DNA of 53,465 nt from Nocardioides sp. (GTDB lineage: Bacteria > Actinomycetota > Actinomycetes > Propionibacteriales > Nocardioidaceae), in NCBI GenBank assembly GCA_035759395.1, contig DASTUX010000101.1, positions 1-53,465 on the forward strand. Reading direction: 5' to 3'. Below, piece by piece: positions 33,915-42,770 of this stretch. Made by a program: the position numbers and the translations under genes. The notes under the pieces are model-generated. The model was given only the letters and a program-made list of their open reading frames with translations, did no database searches and was not told the origin of the DNA. Within the stretch, counting starts at the first letter, position 1, and each line of letters opens with the position of its first letter.

Positions 33915-36860
33915 ATGCGCTGGCTTCTCGTGATCCTCTGCTCCACCCTCCTGGGCACGGCCGCCCTCGGCACGCCGACCTCTGCGGCGCCCCGGTCGGT
34001 CGTGCTGCCTGACAGCGGGCAGGAGCGGCGCGCCGTGGGCTACGGGAGCGTGCTCAACGTCCTGCCGCCTGGCGCCGCCGGCAACGTCGACGGCCAGGCG
34101 CTCGCCACGCTGGGTCCCGGCAAGGGGGCCGAGGACCCGCCCTCGCTGCTGGCCGGCCTCACGAACCCGCAGCAGTTCTTCACGACGGCGACGCCCGCGG
34201 ACCCGCCCAACTTCGCCGACCAGCTCGAGAAGTACGACGCGCTGAACAAGGTCGACCCGGCGGCGCTGACCGACGCGGGGCTGTCGGCGTACTTCAAGGA
34301 CGCCTCGCTGGGCGTCGACCCGGACGACGTCGTGCGCACCGAGCGGCCGCGGCCGGGAGTGGTGATCCGGTGGGACAGGGACGGCGTCCCGCACATCACC
34401 GGGCAGACCGACGCGGACCTCGCCTACGGCGCCGGGGTCGCCAACATCGAGACCCGGATGTTCCTCACCGACGTGCTGCGGCACACCGGCGCCGCCACGA
34501 TGGCGCAGTTCGTCGGGCCGACCGACGCCAACATCGCGCAGGACGCCGCCCAGCTCGCGGTGGCGCCGTACACGCCGGCGCAGCTCACCCGCCAGATCGA
34601 GAACCTGTCGGAGCGCTCGCCCGAGGCGGCGCGGCTCGTCCACGCCTTCGACGCCTACGTCGAGGGGATGAACGACAAGCAGGAGGAGCTGTGCCCCGCG
34701 ACGACTGCGTCGGTGCCGCTGCCCGGCGCCCTGGGGAACGGCTATGGCGAGCACTGCCCGGTGGAGTACGCCGCGCTGCAGCGCCCGCCCGCTCCGTACA
34801 CCCGCCAGGACGTCGTCTCGATCGCGTCGCTCGTCGGGGGGATCTTCGGCACGGGTGGCGGCGGGCAGTACACCAACGCGATCTGGTTGCAGCAGCTGCA
34901 GGAGGAGTTCGGCGCCCGCCGGGGCCGCGAGATGTACGAGGACCTGCGTGAGAAGAACGACCCCGAGGCGCCGGTGACCTCGCCCGTGCGCGCGCCGTAC
35001 GGCGGGGACGACCACGTGCACCCCGGCCTCCCGGGTGTCGCGCTGCCGGACCTGCACCCGAGGGCCACGCAGCTCGGCACCGGCGCGATCGTCAACCCGG
35101 ACGGCTCGCTGTCCCCGCCGCCGGAGGGCGCCGCGGGCAACCAGGGCAACGCCAGCACCACCGACCCGCACCCGACCCCGGCGTCGAACCGGTTCGGGGT
35201 GGACCCCGTTCTGGAGGCGGAGCAGATCCAGGGCAGCCTGCAGCGCGCGCTCCAGGGCGAGCTGGTCGGGATGAGCAACGCGCTGATCGTCGACGCGAAG
35301 CACTCAGCGGGCGGACACCCGACGGCGGTGTTCGGGCCGCAGACCGGCTACTACGCGCCGCAGCTCCTGATGGAGCAGGAGCTGCACGGGCCGCACACCC
35401 GGGCGCGCGGGGTGGCGTTCGCCGGCACCAACTTCGTCGTGCAGATCGGACGGGGCGTCGACTACGCGTGGTCGGCCACTTCGCCGTACACCGACATCAC
35501 CGACACCGTGATCCAGCGGCTGTGCAACACCGACGGCAGCCGGGCGACGGTGAACTCCACCGGGTACCTCTCCCGCGGGCGGTGCCGGCCGATGGTCGAG
35601 TACGAGCACACCGAGACCGCGCTGCCGACGATCGCGGCACCGGGCGCCCCCGACCAGATCTCGTTCCTCGTGCTGCGCACCGACCACGGCGTGGTCCGGC
35701 TGCGGACGACGCTGAAGGGTAGACCGGTCGCGGTCGTGCGGCAGCGGTCCACCTACATGCACGAGTCGGACTCGGTGCTCGGGTTCCTGCAGCTCAACGA
35801 CCCGTCGCGGACGCGCGGAGCGCACAGCTTCATGAGGGCGGCCTCGAAGATCCAGTACACGTTCAACTGGTTCTACGTCGACTCCCGCGACATCGCCTAC
35901 TACAGCTCGGCCCGGCTGCCGCGGCGCGCACAGGGGACCGACCTGGACCTGCCGCGGTGGGGGACACCGGCGTACGACTGGAACGGCTTCGAACCGTTCG
36001 GCCGCCACCCGCACGTCATCAACCCCGCGCAGGGCTACCTCGCGAACTGGAACAACAAGCTGGCGCCGGGCTTCGCGTCCTCGTCACAGATCTGGGGCGA
36101 CGGATCGGTCTACCGCAGCCTCACGCTCAGCGACCGGATCAGGGCGCTCCTGCGTGAGGGCCAGCGGGTCAGGCGCGCCGATCTCGTCGGCGCGATGATC
36201 GACGCCGGGACGGTCGACCTGCGCGGTGCCTACGTCCTGCCGTGGGCGCTGAAGGTGATCGGGATGCCCAGTGACCCGCAGGACGCCACGGCGGTGCGGC
36301 TGATGCGCCGGTGGGTGGCGCAGGGCGCCCACCGCGTGGACCGTGACCGCACCGGCGGCTACGCCCACCAGCCGGCGATCAACGTGTTCGACACCTGGTG
36401 GGACCCCGACGACATGGGTGCCGCGTGTGCCCCGGACTGCGGCTTCACGCTGCCCAAGGACGCGATGCGCCCGGCGCTCGGGAAGTACGTCGACACGCTG
36501 CCGGAGCCGCTCGACGACCACCCCCGCCACAACATCGGCTCGGCGTTCAACGGGATCTCCTGGTACGGCTACCTGAACAAGGACCTGCGCCACGTGCTCG
36601 GCCTCGACGTGCGCGGTGCCTACTCACGCAGCTACTGCGGGTCGCTCGCCACGTGCCGCTCGGCGCTGCGGGCGTCGCTGCACGCCGCCGTGCGGGCGGC
36701 CCTGCGGACCCAGGACGTCTCGTCGGTCCGCGGGCTGCGCTACGACAAGTCCCGCGACGACATCGTGTCGGTGTCGGGCGGGGTCGTGGGGGTCCGCCGG
36801 ATCGACTGGCAGAACCGGCCGACGTTCCAGCAGGTCGTGCAGTTCACCCGCCACCGGTAG
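33915..36860 (+). CDS. secreted penicillin/AHL acylase-family Ntn-hydrolase (S45)
   Basis: Signal peptide; WDRDGVPHI, GM/SNALIV N-terminal nucleophile, FGPQTGY, ANWNNK, WQNRPT. Confidence 0.92.
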   Translation: MRWLLVILCSTLLGTAALGTPTSAAPRSVVLPDSGQERRAVGYGSVLNVLPPGAAGNVDGQALATLGPGKGAEDPPSLLAGLTNPQQFFTTATPADPPNFADQLEKYDALNKVDPAALTDAGLSAYFKDASLGVDPDDVVRTERPRPGVVIRWDRDGVPHITGQTDADLAYGAGVANIETRMFLTDVLRHTGAATMAQFVGPTDANIAQDAAQLAVAPYTPAQLTRQIENLSERSPEAARLVHAFDAYVEGMNDKQEELCPATTASVPLPGALGNGYGEHCPVEYAALQRPPAPYTRQDVVSIASLVGGIFGTGGGGQYTNAIWLQQLQEEFGARRGREMYEDLREKNDPEAPVTSPVRAPYGGDDHVHPGLPGVALPDLHPRATQLGTGAIVNPDGSLSPPPEGAAGNQGNASTTDPHPTPASNRFGVDPVLEAEQIQGSLQRALQGELVGMSNALIVDAKHSAGGHPTAVFGPQTGYYAPQLLMEQELHGPHTRARGVAFAGTNFVVQIGRGVDYAWSATSPYTDITDTVIQRLCNTDGSRATVNSTGYLSRGRCRPMVEYEHTETALPTIAAPGAPDQISFLVLRTDHGVVRLRTTLKGRPVAVVRQRSTYMHESDSVLGFLQLNDPSRTRGAHSFMRAASKIQYTFNWFYVDSRDIAYYSSARLPRRAQGTDLDLPRWGTPAYDWNGFEPFGRHPHVINPAQGYLANWNNKLAPGFASSSQIWGDGSVYRSLTLSDRIRALLREGQRVRRADLVGAMIDAGTVDLRGAYVLPWALKVIGMPSDPQDATAVRLMRRWVAQGAHRVDRDRTGGYAHQPAINVFDTWWDPDDMGAACAPDCGFTLPKDAMRPALGKYVDTLPEPLDDHPRHNIGSAFNGISWYGYLNKDLRHVLGLDVRGAYSRSYCGSLATCRSALRASLHAAVRAALRTQDVSSVRGLRYDKSRDDIVSVSGGVVGVRRIDWQNRPTFQQVVQFTRHR

Positions 36861-36883
36861 CTCGGTGATCGAGCTTGCCGAGA

Positions 36884-37675
36884 TTACTTCCGCCCCATCG
36901 CCTGGAACCGCTGCAGCACCCGGTTGGGCACCAGTCGCGAGGCGGTCGTGATCAGCTTGTAGCGCGTGCTCGGGATCGAGTAGACCCGACCCTTGTCGAA
37001 GTCGTTGAGCGCGGTCGCGACCAGCTCGTCGGCGTCCAGCCACATGAACTCGGGGGCGGAGTCGCGGCTGACGTCCATCCGCTCGTGGAACTCCGTCTTC
37101 GTGAAGCCGGGGCACAGCGCCATCACCGTGACGCCCTGGGGGCGGTACTCGTGGGCGGCCCACTCGCTGAAGCTGTTCACCCAGGCCTTGGCCGCGCTGT
37201 AGCTGCCGCGGGGGAGGAACGCGGCGACGCTGGAGACGTTGATGATCCCGCCGTGGCCCCGCTCGCTCATCGCGCCGAGCGCGGCGTGGCTCAGCCGCAG
37301 CACCGCGGTGACCAGCACGTCGAGCATGGCGTTCTCGGCGTCGACCGGGTTGTCGAGGAAGCGGTGCTTCATGCCGAAGCCGGCGTTGTTCACCAGCAGC
37401 TCGACGGGCCGGGCCCGGTCGGCCAGCCGGGCCTCGACCCGCGCCAGGTCCGCGCGGTCGACGAGGTCGGCGGGCAGGACCTCGACGTGCACGGCGTACG
37501 CCGATCGCAGCTCGGCGGCGACCTCCGCGAGCCGGGCCGCGTCGCGGGCCACCAGCACCAGGTCGTGGCCACGCTCGGCCAGCCGGCGGGCGAAGGAGAG
37601 CCCGATGCCGGCCGTGGGGCCGGTGATCAGGGCGGTTCCGGGGGAGGAGGCGACAGGTGACCCGACAGAAGACAT
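36884..37675 (-). CDS. short-chain dehydrogenase/reductase
   Basis: TGPTAGIG, NNAG, YSAAK, CPGFTKTEF. Confidence 0.93.
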   Translation of the reverse strand: MSSVGSPVASSPGTALITGPTAGIGLSFARRLAERGHDLVLVARDAARLAEVAAELRSAYAVHVEVLPADLVDRADLARVEARLADRARPVELLVNNAGFGMKHRFLDNPVDAENAMLDVLVTAVLRLSHAALGAMSERGHGGIINVSSVAAFLPRGSYSAAKAWVNSFSEWAAHEYRPQGVTVMALCPGFTKTEFHERMDVSRDSAPEFMWLDADELVATALNDFDKGRVYSIPSTRYKLITTASRLVPNRVLQRFQAMGRK

Positions 37676-37735
37676 GGCGACAGCAAACAGGTGTCGCCGC
37701 GAAGTCGGCAACCCGGTCGGGCATGATGTGCTCTG

Positions 37736-38557
37736 ATGACCACGACGCTCGCGATCGCCAACCAGAAGGGTGGCGTCGCCAAGACCACCACGGTTGCCTC
37801 CCTCGGGGCGGCGCTCGCCGAGCTGGGGCACAAGGTGCTGCTGGTCGACCTCGACCCCCAGGCCTGCCTGACCTTCTCGCTCGGCATCGACCCCGAGGAC
37901 CTCGAGCTGTCGGTGCACCACGTGCTGACCAAGGGCCTGGACCCGCTCGAGGTGATCATCGCGACCGAGGACGGCGTCGACCTGCTGCCGTCCACGATCG
38001 AGCTGGCGCGTGCCGAGTCCGACCTGCTCATGCGCACGGGCCGCGAGCACGTCATCAAGTCCGCGCTCGAGGCGCTCGACGACGAGCTCGGCGACGAGGG
38101 CTACGACTGGGTCCTGCTCGACTGCCCGCCGTCCCTCGGGGTGCTGACCGTGGCCGCCCTGACCGCCGCGAACGGCGTGCTCATCCCCCTGCAGTGCGAG
38201 ACCCTGTCGCACCGCGGTGTCGGCCAGCTGCTCGACACCGTCCACGACGTACGCCGCTTCACCAACCGCAAGCTCGAGGTGTGGGGCGTGCTGCCGACGC
38301 TCTACGACGGGCGCACCAACCATGCCCGGACCGTGCTCGAGACGATCTCCGAGACCTACGACCTCGAGGTCGTCGAGCCGCCGATCCCCAAGACGATCAA
38401 GTTCGCGGAGGCGCCTGCCGCCGGCCGCTCGATCCTGGCGACCAGCCGCAGCAACAAGGGGGCTCAGGCCTACCGCGAGGTCGCGGCGAACCTCGTGACC
38501 CGTGCGAAGCGCCCCAAGGTCCGCAAGCCCACGGCGAAGAAGAAGTCGCAGGACTGA
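37736..38557 (+). CDS. ParA/Soj family ATPase (orphan)
   Basis: NQKGGVAKTTT, DLDPQ, DCPPSLG. Confidence 0.95.
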   Translation: MTTTLAIANQKGGVAKTTTVASLGAALAELGHKVLLVDLDPQACLTFSLGIDPEDLELSVHHVLTKGLDPLEVIIATEDGVDLLPSTIELARAESDLLMRTGREHVIKSALEALDDELGDEGYDWVLLDCPPSLGVLTVAALTAANGVLIPLQCETLSHRGVGQLLDTVHDVRRFTNRKLEVWGVLPTLYDGRTNHARTVLETISETYDLEVVEPPIPKTIKFAEAPAAGRSILATSRSNKGAQAYREVAANLVTRAKRPKVRKPTAKKKSQD

Positions 38558-38561
38558 GCCG

Positions 38562-39224
38562 GTGACCCGCCGCCAGCACGACGTACGCCCGCGCTACGGG
38601 CGGATCGCCGGGCTCGGATCGTCGGTGACGATCACCATGGTCGCGGTCCTCGGTGGCACCGGCGTGCTGCCGTCGGCAGCCGACGAGCCCTCGGCCCGGG
38701 ACGCCGTCGCGGTGATCCGTCAGGCCGCCGCGATCCTGCCCCCCGTGGGCAGCGACCGGCACGAGTCGTCCAGGCGCACGCCGGACTCGTCGGACCGTCG
38801 CACCTCGGCGGCGCCCGACACCGCCTTGCCGGCCCGGTCGGGCACGGGCCGCCGCATCGTCTTCAGCGAGGGCAGGCAGCGGGTGTGGCTCGTCGGCGCG
38901 GGCGACCGCGTCGAGCGGACCTACCTCGTCTCCGGCAGTGCCTCGGACAACCTGGACACCGGCAGCTACGAGGTCTACTCACGCTCGAAGCTCGCCTGGG
39001 GAATCGACGACTCGGGCACCATGAAGTACTTCGTCCGCTTCGCCCACGGCGGCAACGCCTCGATCGGCTTCCACGACATCCCGGTCGACGACGGCGCCCC
39101 CGTGCAGTCGGTCGACCAGCTCGGTACGCCGCTGTCCCACGGCTGCATCCGCCAGCGTCGCGCCGACGCGATCGCGCTCTGGCGCTTCGCGCCCCTCGGC
39201 ACCACCGTCGTCGTCACTCCCTGA
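38562..39224 (+). CDS. L,D-transpeptidase (YkuD) family protein
   Basis: N-terminal TM; IGFHDIP...LSHGCIR. Confidence 0.88.
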   Translation: MTRRQHDVRPRYGRIAGLGSSVTITMVAVLGGTGVLPSAADEPSARDAVAVIRQAAAILPPVGSDRHESSRRTPDSSDRRTSAAPDTALPARSGTGRRIVFSEGRQRVWLVGAGDRVERTYLVSGSASDNLDTGSYEVYSRSKLAWGIDDSGTMKYFVRFAHGGNASIGFHDIPVDDGAPVQSVDQLGTPLSHGCIRQRRADAIALWRFAPLGTTVVVTP

Positions 39225-39243
39225 GACAGCGCCTGAAATGGCG

Positions 39244-39277
39244 CTGACCCGCCCGTTCGACAGTCCGGGCGGGTCAG
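39244..39277. terminator. stem-loop between convergent genes
   Basis: 12-bp perfect inverted repeat CTGACCCGCCCG / CGGGCGGGTCAG. Confidence 0.7.
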
Positions 39278-39292
39278 GGAGCTACGTGCGGG

Positions 39293-40828
39293 TCAGCTGG
39301 TCTCGCTGGTGCCCGAGGGGCGACGGCGACGACGGTTGCGGTTGCGGCTGGCTCCGGAGCGGCCCTCGCCACCCTGTGCGGCCTCGCCGGCCTCCGCCGG
39401 TGCGCTGGTGGCCGGGGCGGTCGCGCCCTCGGCGACGGGCTCGCCGGAGCGGCTGCGCGTGCGGCTGCGGTTGCCACCGGAGCGGCCCGATCCGCCGGAA
39501 CGATCGGAACCACCGGAACGGTCCGAACCACCGGAACGACCGCCACCGGAGCGGTCCGAACCGCCCGAGCGGCCGCCACCGGAGCGCTCGGTGCGCGGCG
39601 CACGCTCGACCGGTGCGGCGTCGACGATGCGGCCCTTCGTGCCGGGCGCGATCCCGAGGTCGTGGTAGAGGTGCTCGGAGGTCGAGTAGGTCTCCTGCGG
39701 CTCGTCGAACGGCAGGTCCAGCGCCTTGTTGATCATCTTCCAGCGGTGGAGGTCGGCCCAGTCGACGAACGTGACCGCGATGCCGGTGGCGCCGGCGCGG
39801 CCGGTCCGGCCGATCCGGTGCACGTAGGTCTTCTCGTCCTCGGGGCACGTGTAGTTGATGACGTGCGAGACCCCCTGGACGTCGATGCCTCGTGCGGCGA
39901 CGTCGGTGGCGACGAGCACCCGCAGCGTGTCGCCGCGGAACTTGGTCAGCGCCTTCTCGCGGGCCACCTGCGCCATGTCGCCATGCAGCGGGCTCGACGC
40001 GAAGCCGCGCTCGGCCAGGTCGTCGGCCACGCGCTGCGACTGCCGCTTGGTGCGGGTGAAGACGATGATCTTGTCGGCGTCCTCGGCCTGCAGGATGCGC
40101 CCGATGATCTCCGGCTTGTCCAGGTCGTGCGCCTGGTAGATGAACTGCGCGGTCGCCGGCACCAGCTGGGTGTCGTACGACGACTCGGCGCGGATGTTCA
40201 TCGGGTGCCGCATGTGGGTGCGGGCCAGGGAGACGATCGCGGCCGGCATGGTGGCGGAGAACAGCATCGTCTGCCGGGTCTCCGGGGTCTTCGCGAGGAG
40301 CCGCTCGACGTCGGGGAGGAATCCGAGGTCCAGCATCTCGTCGGCCTCGTCGAGCACCAGGGCGTGCACGTGCGACAGGTCGAGCGCCTTGCGGTTCATC
40401 AGGTCGATCAGGCGACCGGGGGTGCCGACGACGATGTCGACGCCGCTCTCGAGCGCGTCGAGCTGCGTGTCGTAGCCGACGCCGCCGTACACCGTGAGGA
40501 CGCGCAGGCCGCGGTCCGCGCTGGCCAGGTGCAGGTCGCTGGAGACCTGCAGGGCGAGCTCACGGGTCGGGGCCACGATCAGGGCCTGGGGCTTGCCCTG
40601 GGGCAGCTCGGCGTAGTCGGGGTCCTTGGGGGAGACGCTGCGCTGGAGGACGGGGATGCCGAAGGCCAGCGTCTTGCCGGTGCCGGTGCGGGCCTGGCCG
40701 ATCAGGTCGGTGCCCAGCAGCGCGACCGACAGGGTCATCTCCTGGATGGCGAAGGGGGTGGTGATGCTGGCGCGCTCGAGCGCGTCACAAATCTCGGGGT
40801 GGACCCCGAGCTCTCGGAACGTGGTCAG
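39293..40828 (-). CDS. DEAD-box RNA helicase (probable CTG start)
   Basis: Q-motif, ARTGTGKT, PTREL, TPGR, DEAD, SAT, HRIGRTGR; R/G/S-rich tail. Confidence 0.93.
   Translation of the reverse strand: MTTFRELGVHPEICDALERASITTPFAIQEMTLSVALLGTDLIGQARTGTGKTLAFGIPVLQRSVSPKDPDYAELPQGKPQALIVAPTRELALQVSSDLHLASADRGLRVLTVYGGVGYDTQLDALESGVDIVVGTPGRLIDLMNRKALDLSHVHALVLDEADEMLDLGFLPDVERLLAKTPETRQTMLFSATMPAAIVSLARTHMRHPMNIRAESSYDTQLVPATAQFIYQAHDLDKPEIIGRILQAEDADKIIVFTRTKRQSQRVADDLAERGFASSPLHGDMAQVAREKALTKFRGDTLRVLVATDVAARGIDVQGVSHVINYTCPEDEKTYVHRIGRTGRAGATGIAVTFVDWADLHRWKMINKALDLPFDEPQETYSTSEHLYHDLGIAPGTKGRIVDAAPVERAPRTERSGGGRSGGSDRSGGGRSGGSDRSGGSDRSGGSGRSGGNRSRTRSRSGEPVAEGATAPATSAPAEAGEAAQGGEGRSGASRNRNRRRRRPSGTSETS
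39473..39586 (-). repeat. imperfect 15-18 bp tandem repeat encoding SGGSDR/SGGGR units of the helicase tail
   Basis: Repeated CCACCGGA(A/G)CG units. Confidence 0.8.
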
Positions 40829-40986
40829 TGTCTTCTGCTTTCGTGAGTCAGCCGGGATCAGCCGAAAGGGCGGATGCGGCGGACTCGCTGCGGGTCTGCC
40901 GCGCACATACTGGGCCGCCTCCATGCCTGCCAGAGTCGGGCAGGAGCGGCACTCGATCCGTGCGAGTCTATCGGTAGGGTGCGCGC

Positions 40987-41712
40987 ATGACTGAATCGCC
41001 CGGCGAGGCGTCCCGGCCCGCTCCCGGCACCGAGGGTCCCGTCGTCTTCCAGGATCCGGAGTACCGCGAGGCGGTGGTGGACCTGCTGGGCGCCATCGCG
41101 TACGGCGAGATCTCGGCGTTCGAGCGGCTCGCCTGGGACGGCAAGCTGGCGCCGACGCTGGAGGACAAGGTCGCGATCGCCTCGATGGCGAGCGCCGAGT
41201 TCGCCCACGTCGCCCCGCTGCTGGACCGGCTCGCCGACCTCGGGGCGGACCCGTTCGAGGCGATGGCGCCCTTCCGCGGCGCGCTCGACCTCTTCCACGA
41301 GCACACTGCCCCGGCCGACTGGTTCGAGGGCCTGGTCAAGGCCTACGTCGGCGACGGCATGGCCAACGACTTCTACCGCGAGATCGCGGCCTACCTCGAC
41401 GCGGAGACCCGCGACCTGGTCGTGGCCTCGCTCGAGGACACCGGGCACGCCCAGTTCGTGATCGACCGGGTCCGCGCCGCGATCGCCGCCGACCACCGCC
41501 TCGGCGGCCGGCTCGCCCTGTGGGGACGACGGCTGATGGGGGAGGCCCTGACGCAGGCCCAGCGGGTCGCTGCCGACAGGGACGCGCTCTCGTCGCTCCT
41601 CGCCGGGGGCGTCGACCGGCCGGGTCTGGACCTGGCGGCCATCGGCCGGATGTTCGCCCGGATCACCGAGCGGCACGCCGAGCGGATGGCCGAGCTCGGC
41701 CTCGCCTCCTGA
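40987..41712 (+). CDS. ferritin-like fold protein (MiaE_2 type)
   Basis: LLGAIAYGEISAFERLA, DWFEGLVKAYVGDG, LALWGRRLMGEAL. Confidence 0.88.
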   Translation: MTESPGEASRPAPGTEGPVVFQDPEYREAVVDLLGAIAYGEISAFERLAWDGKLAPTLEDKVAIASMASAEFAHVAPLLDRLADLGADPFEAMAPFRGALDLFHEHTAPADWFEGLVKAYVGDGMANDFYREIAAYLDAETRDLVVASLEDTGHAQFVIDRVRAAIAADHRLGGRLALWGRRLMGEALTQAQRVAADRDALSSLLAGGVDRPGLDLAAIGRMFARITERHAERMAELGLAS

Positions 41713-41738
41713 CGGGAGCGCGCTCTACCCCCGCTGAC

Positions 41739-41960
41739 TCAGTGGCGGAAGCCGACCTGGCCGGCGACGCCGCCGCCGATCTCGATGTAGGCGAGCTTCG
41801 CTGCCGGGACGAGCACCTTGCGGCCCTTGTGGTCGGTGATCGAGATGACGCCGCCGGAGTCGACCGCCTCGGCGACCATCTTCTCGACGTTCTCGAGCGT
41901 CTCGTCCGTCTCGACGAGCAGTTCCTTCGCGGCGTGCTGGACGCCGATCTTGACCTCCAC
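41739..41960 (-). CDS. DUF3107 protein
   Basis: VEVKIGVQ...LAYIEIG...VGF; AGGAGG RBS. Confidence 0.9.
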   Translation of the reverse strand: MEVKIGVQHAAKELLVETDETLENVEKMVAEAVDSGGVISITDHKGRKVLVPAAKLAYIEIGGGVAGQVGFRH

Positions 41961-42019
41961 AGGTCCTCCTTGACGTGTTTCGCGGTTCGGGGGGAACGTC
42001 CGGGCGTGGGGCCCGGACC

Positions 42020-42658
42020 TCAGTGCTCGTCGGTGAGCGGGTAGCCGCGGATGCCGCGCCAGGCGAGGCCGGCCACGAGGGCCGCGGCGTCCGACTTGGT
42101 GATGCCGCCGGCCTCGGAGAGCCAGAACCTGGCAGAGACCTGGGCCATTCCCACGAGCGAGACGGCCAGCAGGCGCGACGCCTCGTCCGGGAGCCCGGTG
42201 TCGTCGTGGATCACGTGGGCGATCATCGCGGCGCACTCGGTGGTCACCCGCTCGACGTGCTCGCGCACGGCGGGCTCGTTCGTCAGGTCCGACTCGAAGA
42301 CGAGGCGGAACGCCCCGGTGTCGCCGGCGACGTACTCGAAGAACGCCTCCATCGTGGCTGCGACCCGCTGCTTGTTGTCGGTCGTGGCCTCGAGTGCGAC
42401 GCGGCAGTTGTCGATGATCGTGTCGCACGAGGCGTCGAGCAGCGCGAGGTAGAGGTCGAGCTTGCCGGGGAAGTGCTGGTAGAGCACGGGCTTGGAGACA
42501 CCGGCGCGCTCGGCGATGTCGTCCATGGCGGCTGCGTGGTAGCCCTGCGCGACGAACACCTCGAGGGCCGACGACAGCAGCTGCGCCCGGCGCTCGCGGC
42601 GAGGCATCCGTGCCCCACGCGGGCGGGTGCCCTCGACGTCGTACCTGTCAGTACTCAC
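42020..42658 (-). CDS. TetR/AcrR family regulator
   Basis: MDDIAERAGVSKPVLYQHFPGK HTH. Confidence 0.95.
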   Translation of the reverse strand: MSTDRYDVEGTRPRGARMPRRERRAQLLSSALEVFVAQGYHAAAMDDIAERAGVSKPVLYQHFPGKLDLYLALLDASCDTIIDNCRVALEATTDNKQRVAATMEAFFEYVAGDTGAFRLVFESDLTNEPAVREHVERVTTECAAMIAHVIHDDTGLPDEASRLLAVSLVGMAQVSARFWLSEAGGITKSDAAALVAGLAWRGIRGYPLTDEH

Positions 42659-42713
42659 TCGAGCTCCTCCACCCTGGCCACTCTGTTCACGGATGCGCAG
42701 CCTAACCGTACGA

Positions 42714-42745
42714 CGAGAGGCGCCCCGTGACCGAGGCGCCTCTCG
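42714..42745 (-). terminator. stem-loop terminator of the M6 protease gene
   Basis: 11-bp inverted repeat CGAGAGGCGCC / GGCGCCTCTCG. Confidence 0.65.
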
Positions 42746-42770
42746 ACGTGTGCGTTCGTGCGGGTGTCGC

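Noticed and set aside
32232-35303. Very long ORF-track entries and antisense ORFs (e.g. 32232-35303, 33060-36860, 20386-24078, 21664-24597, 42627-45137)
   Set aside because: Stop-poor high-GC DNA gives spurious upstream extensions and shadow ORFs; real starts were set by signal peptides, RBS and overlaps
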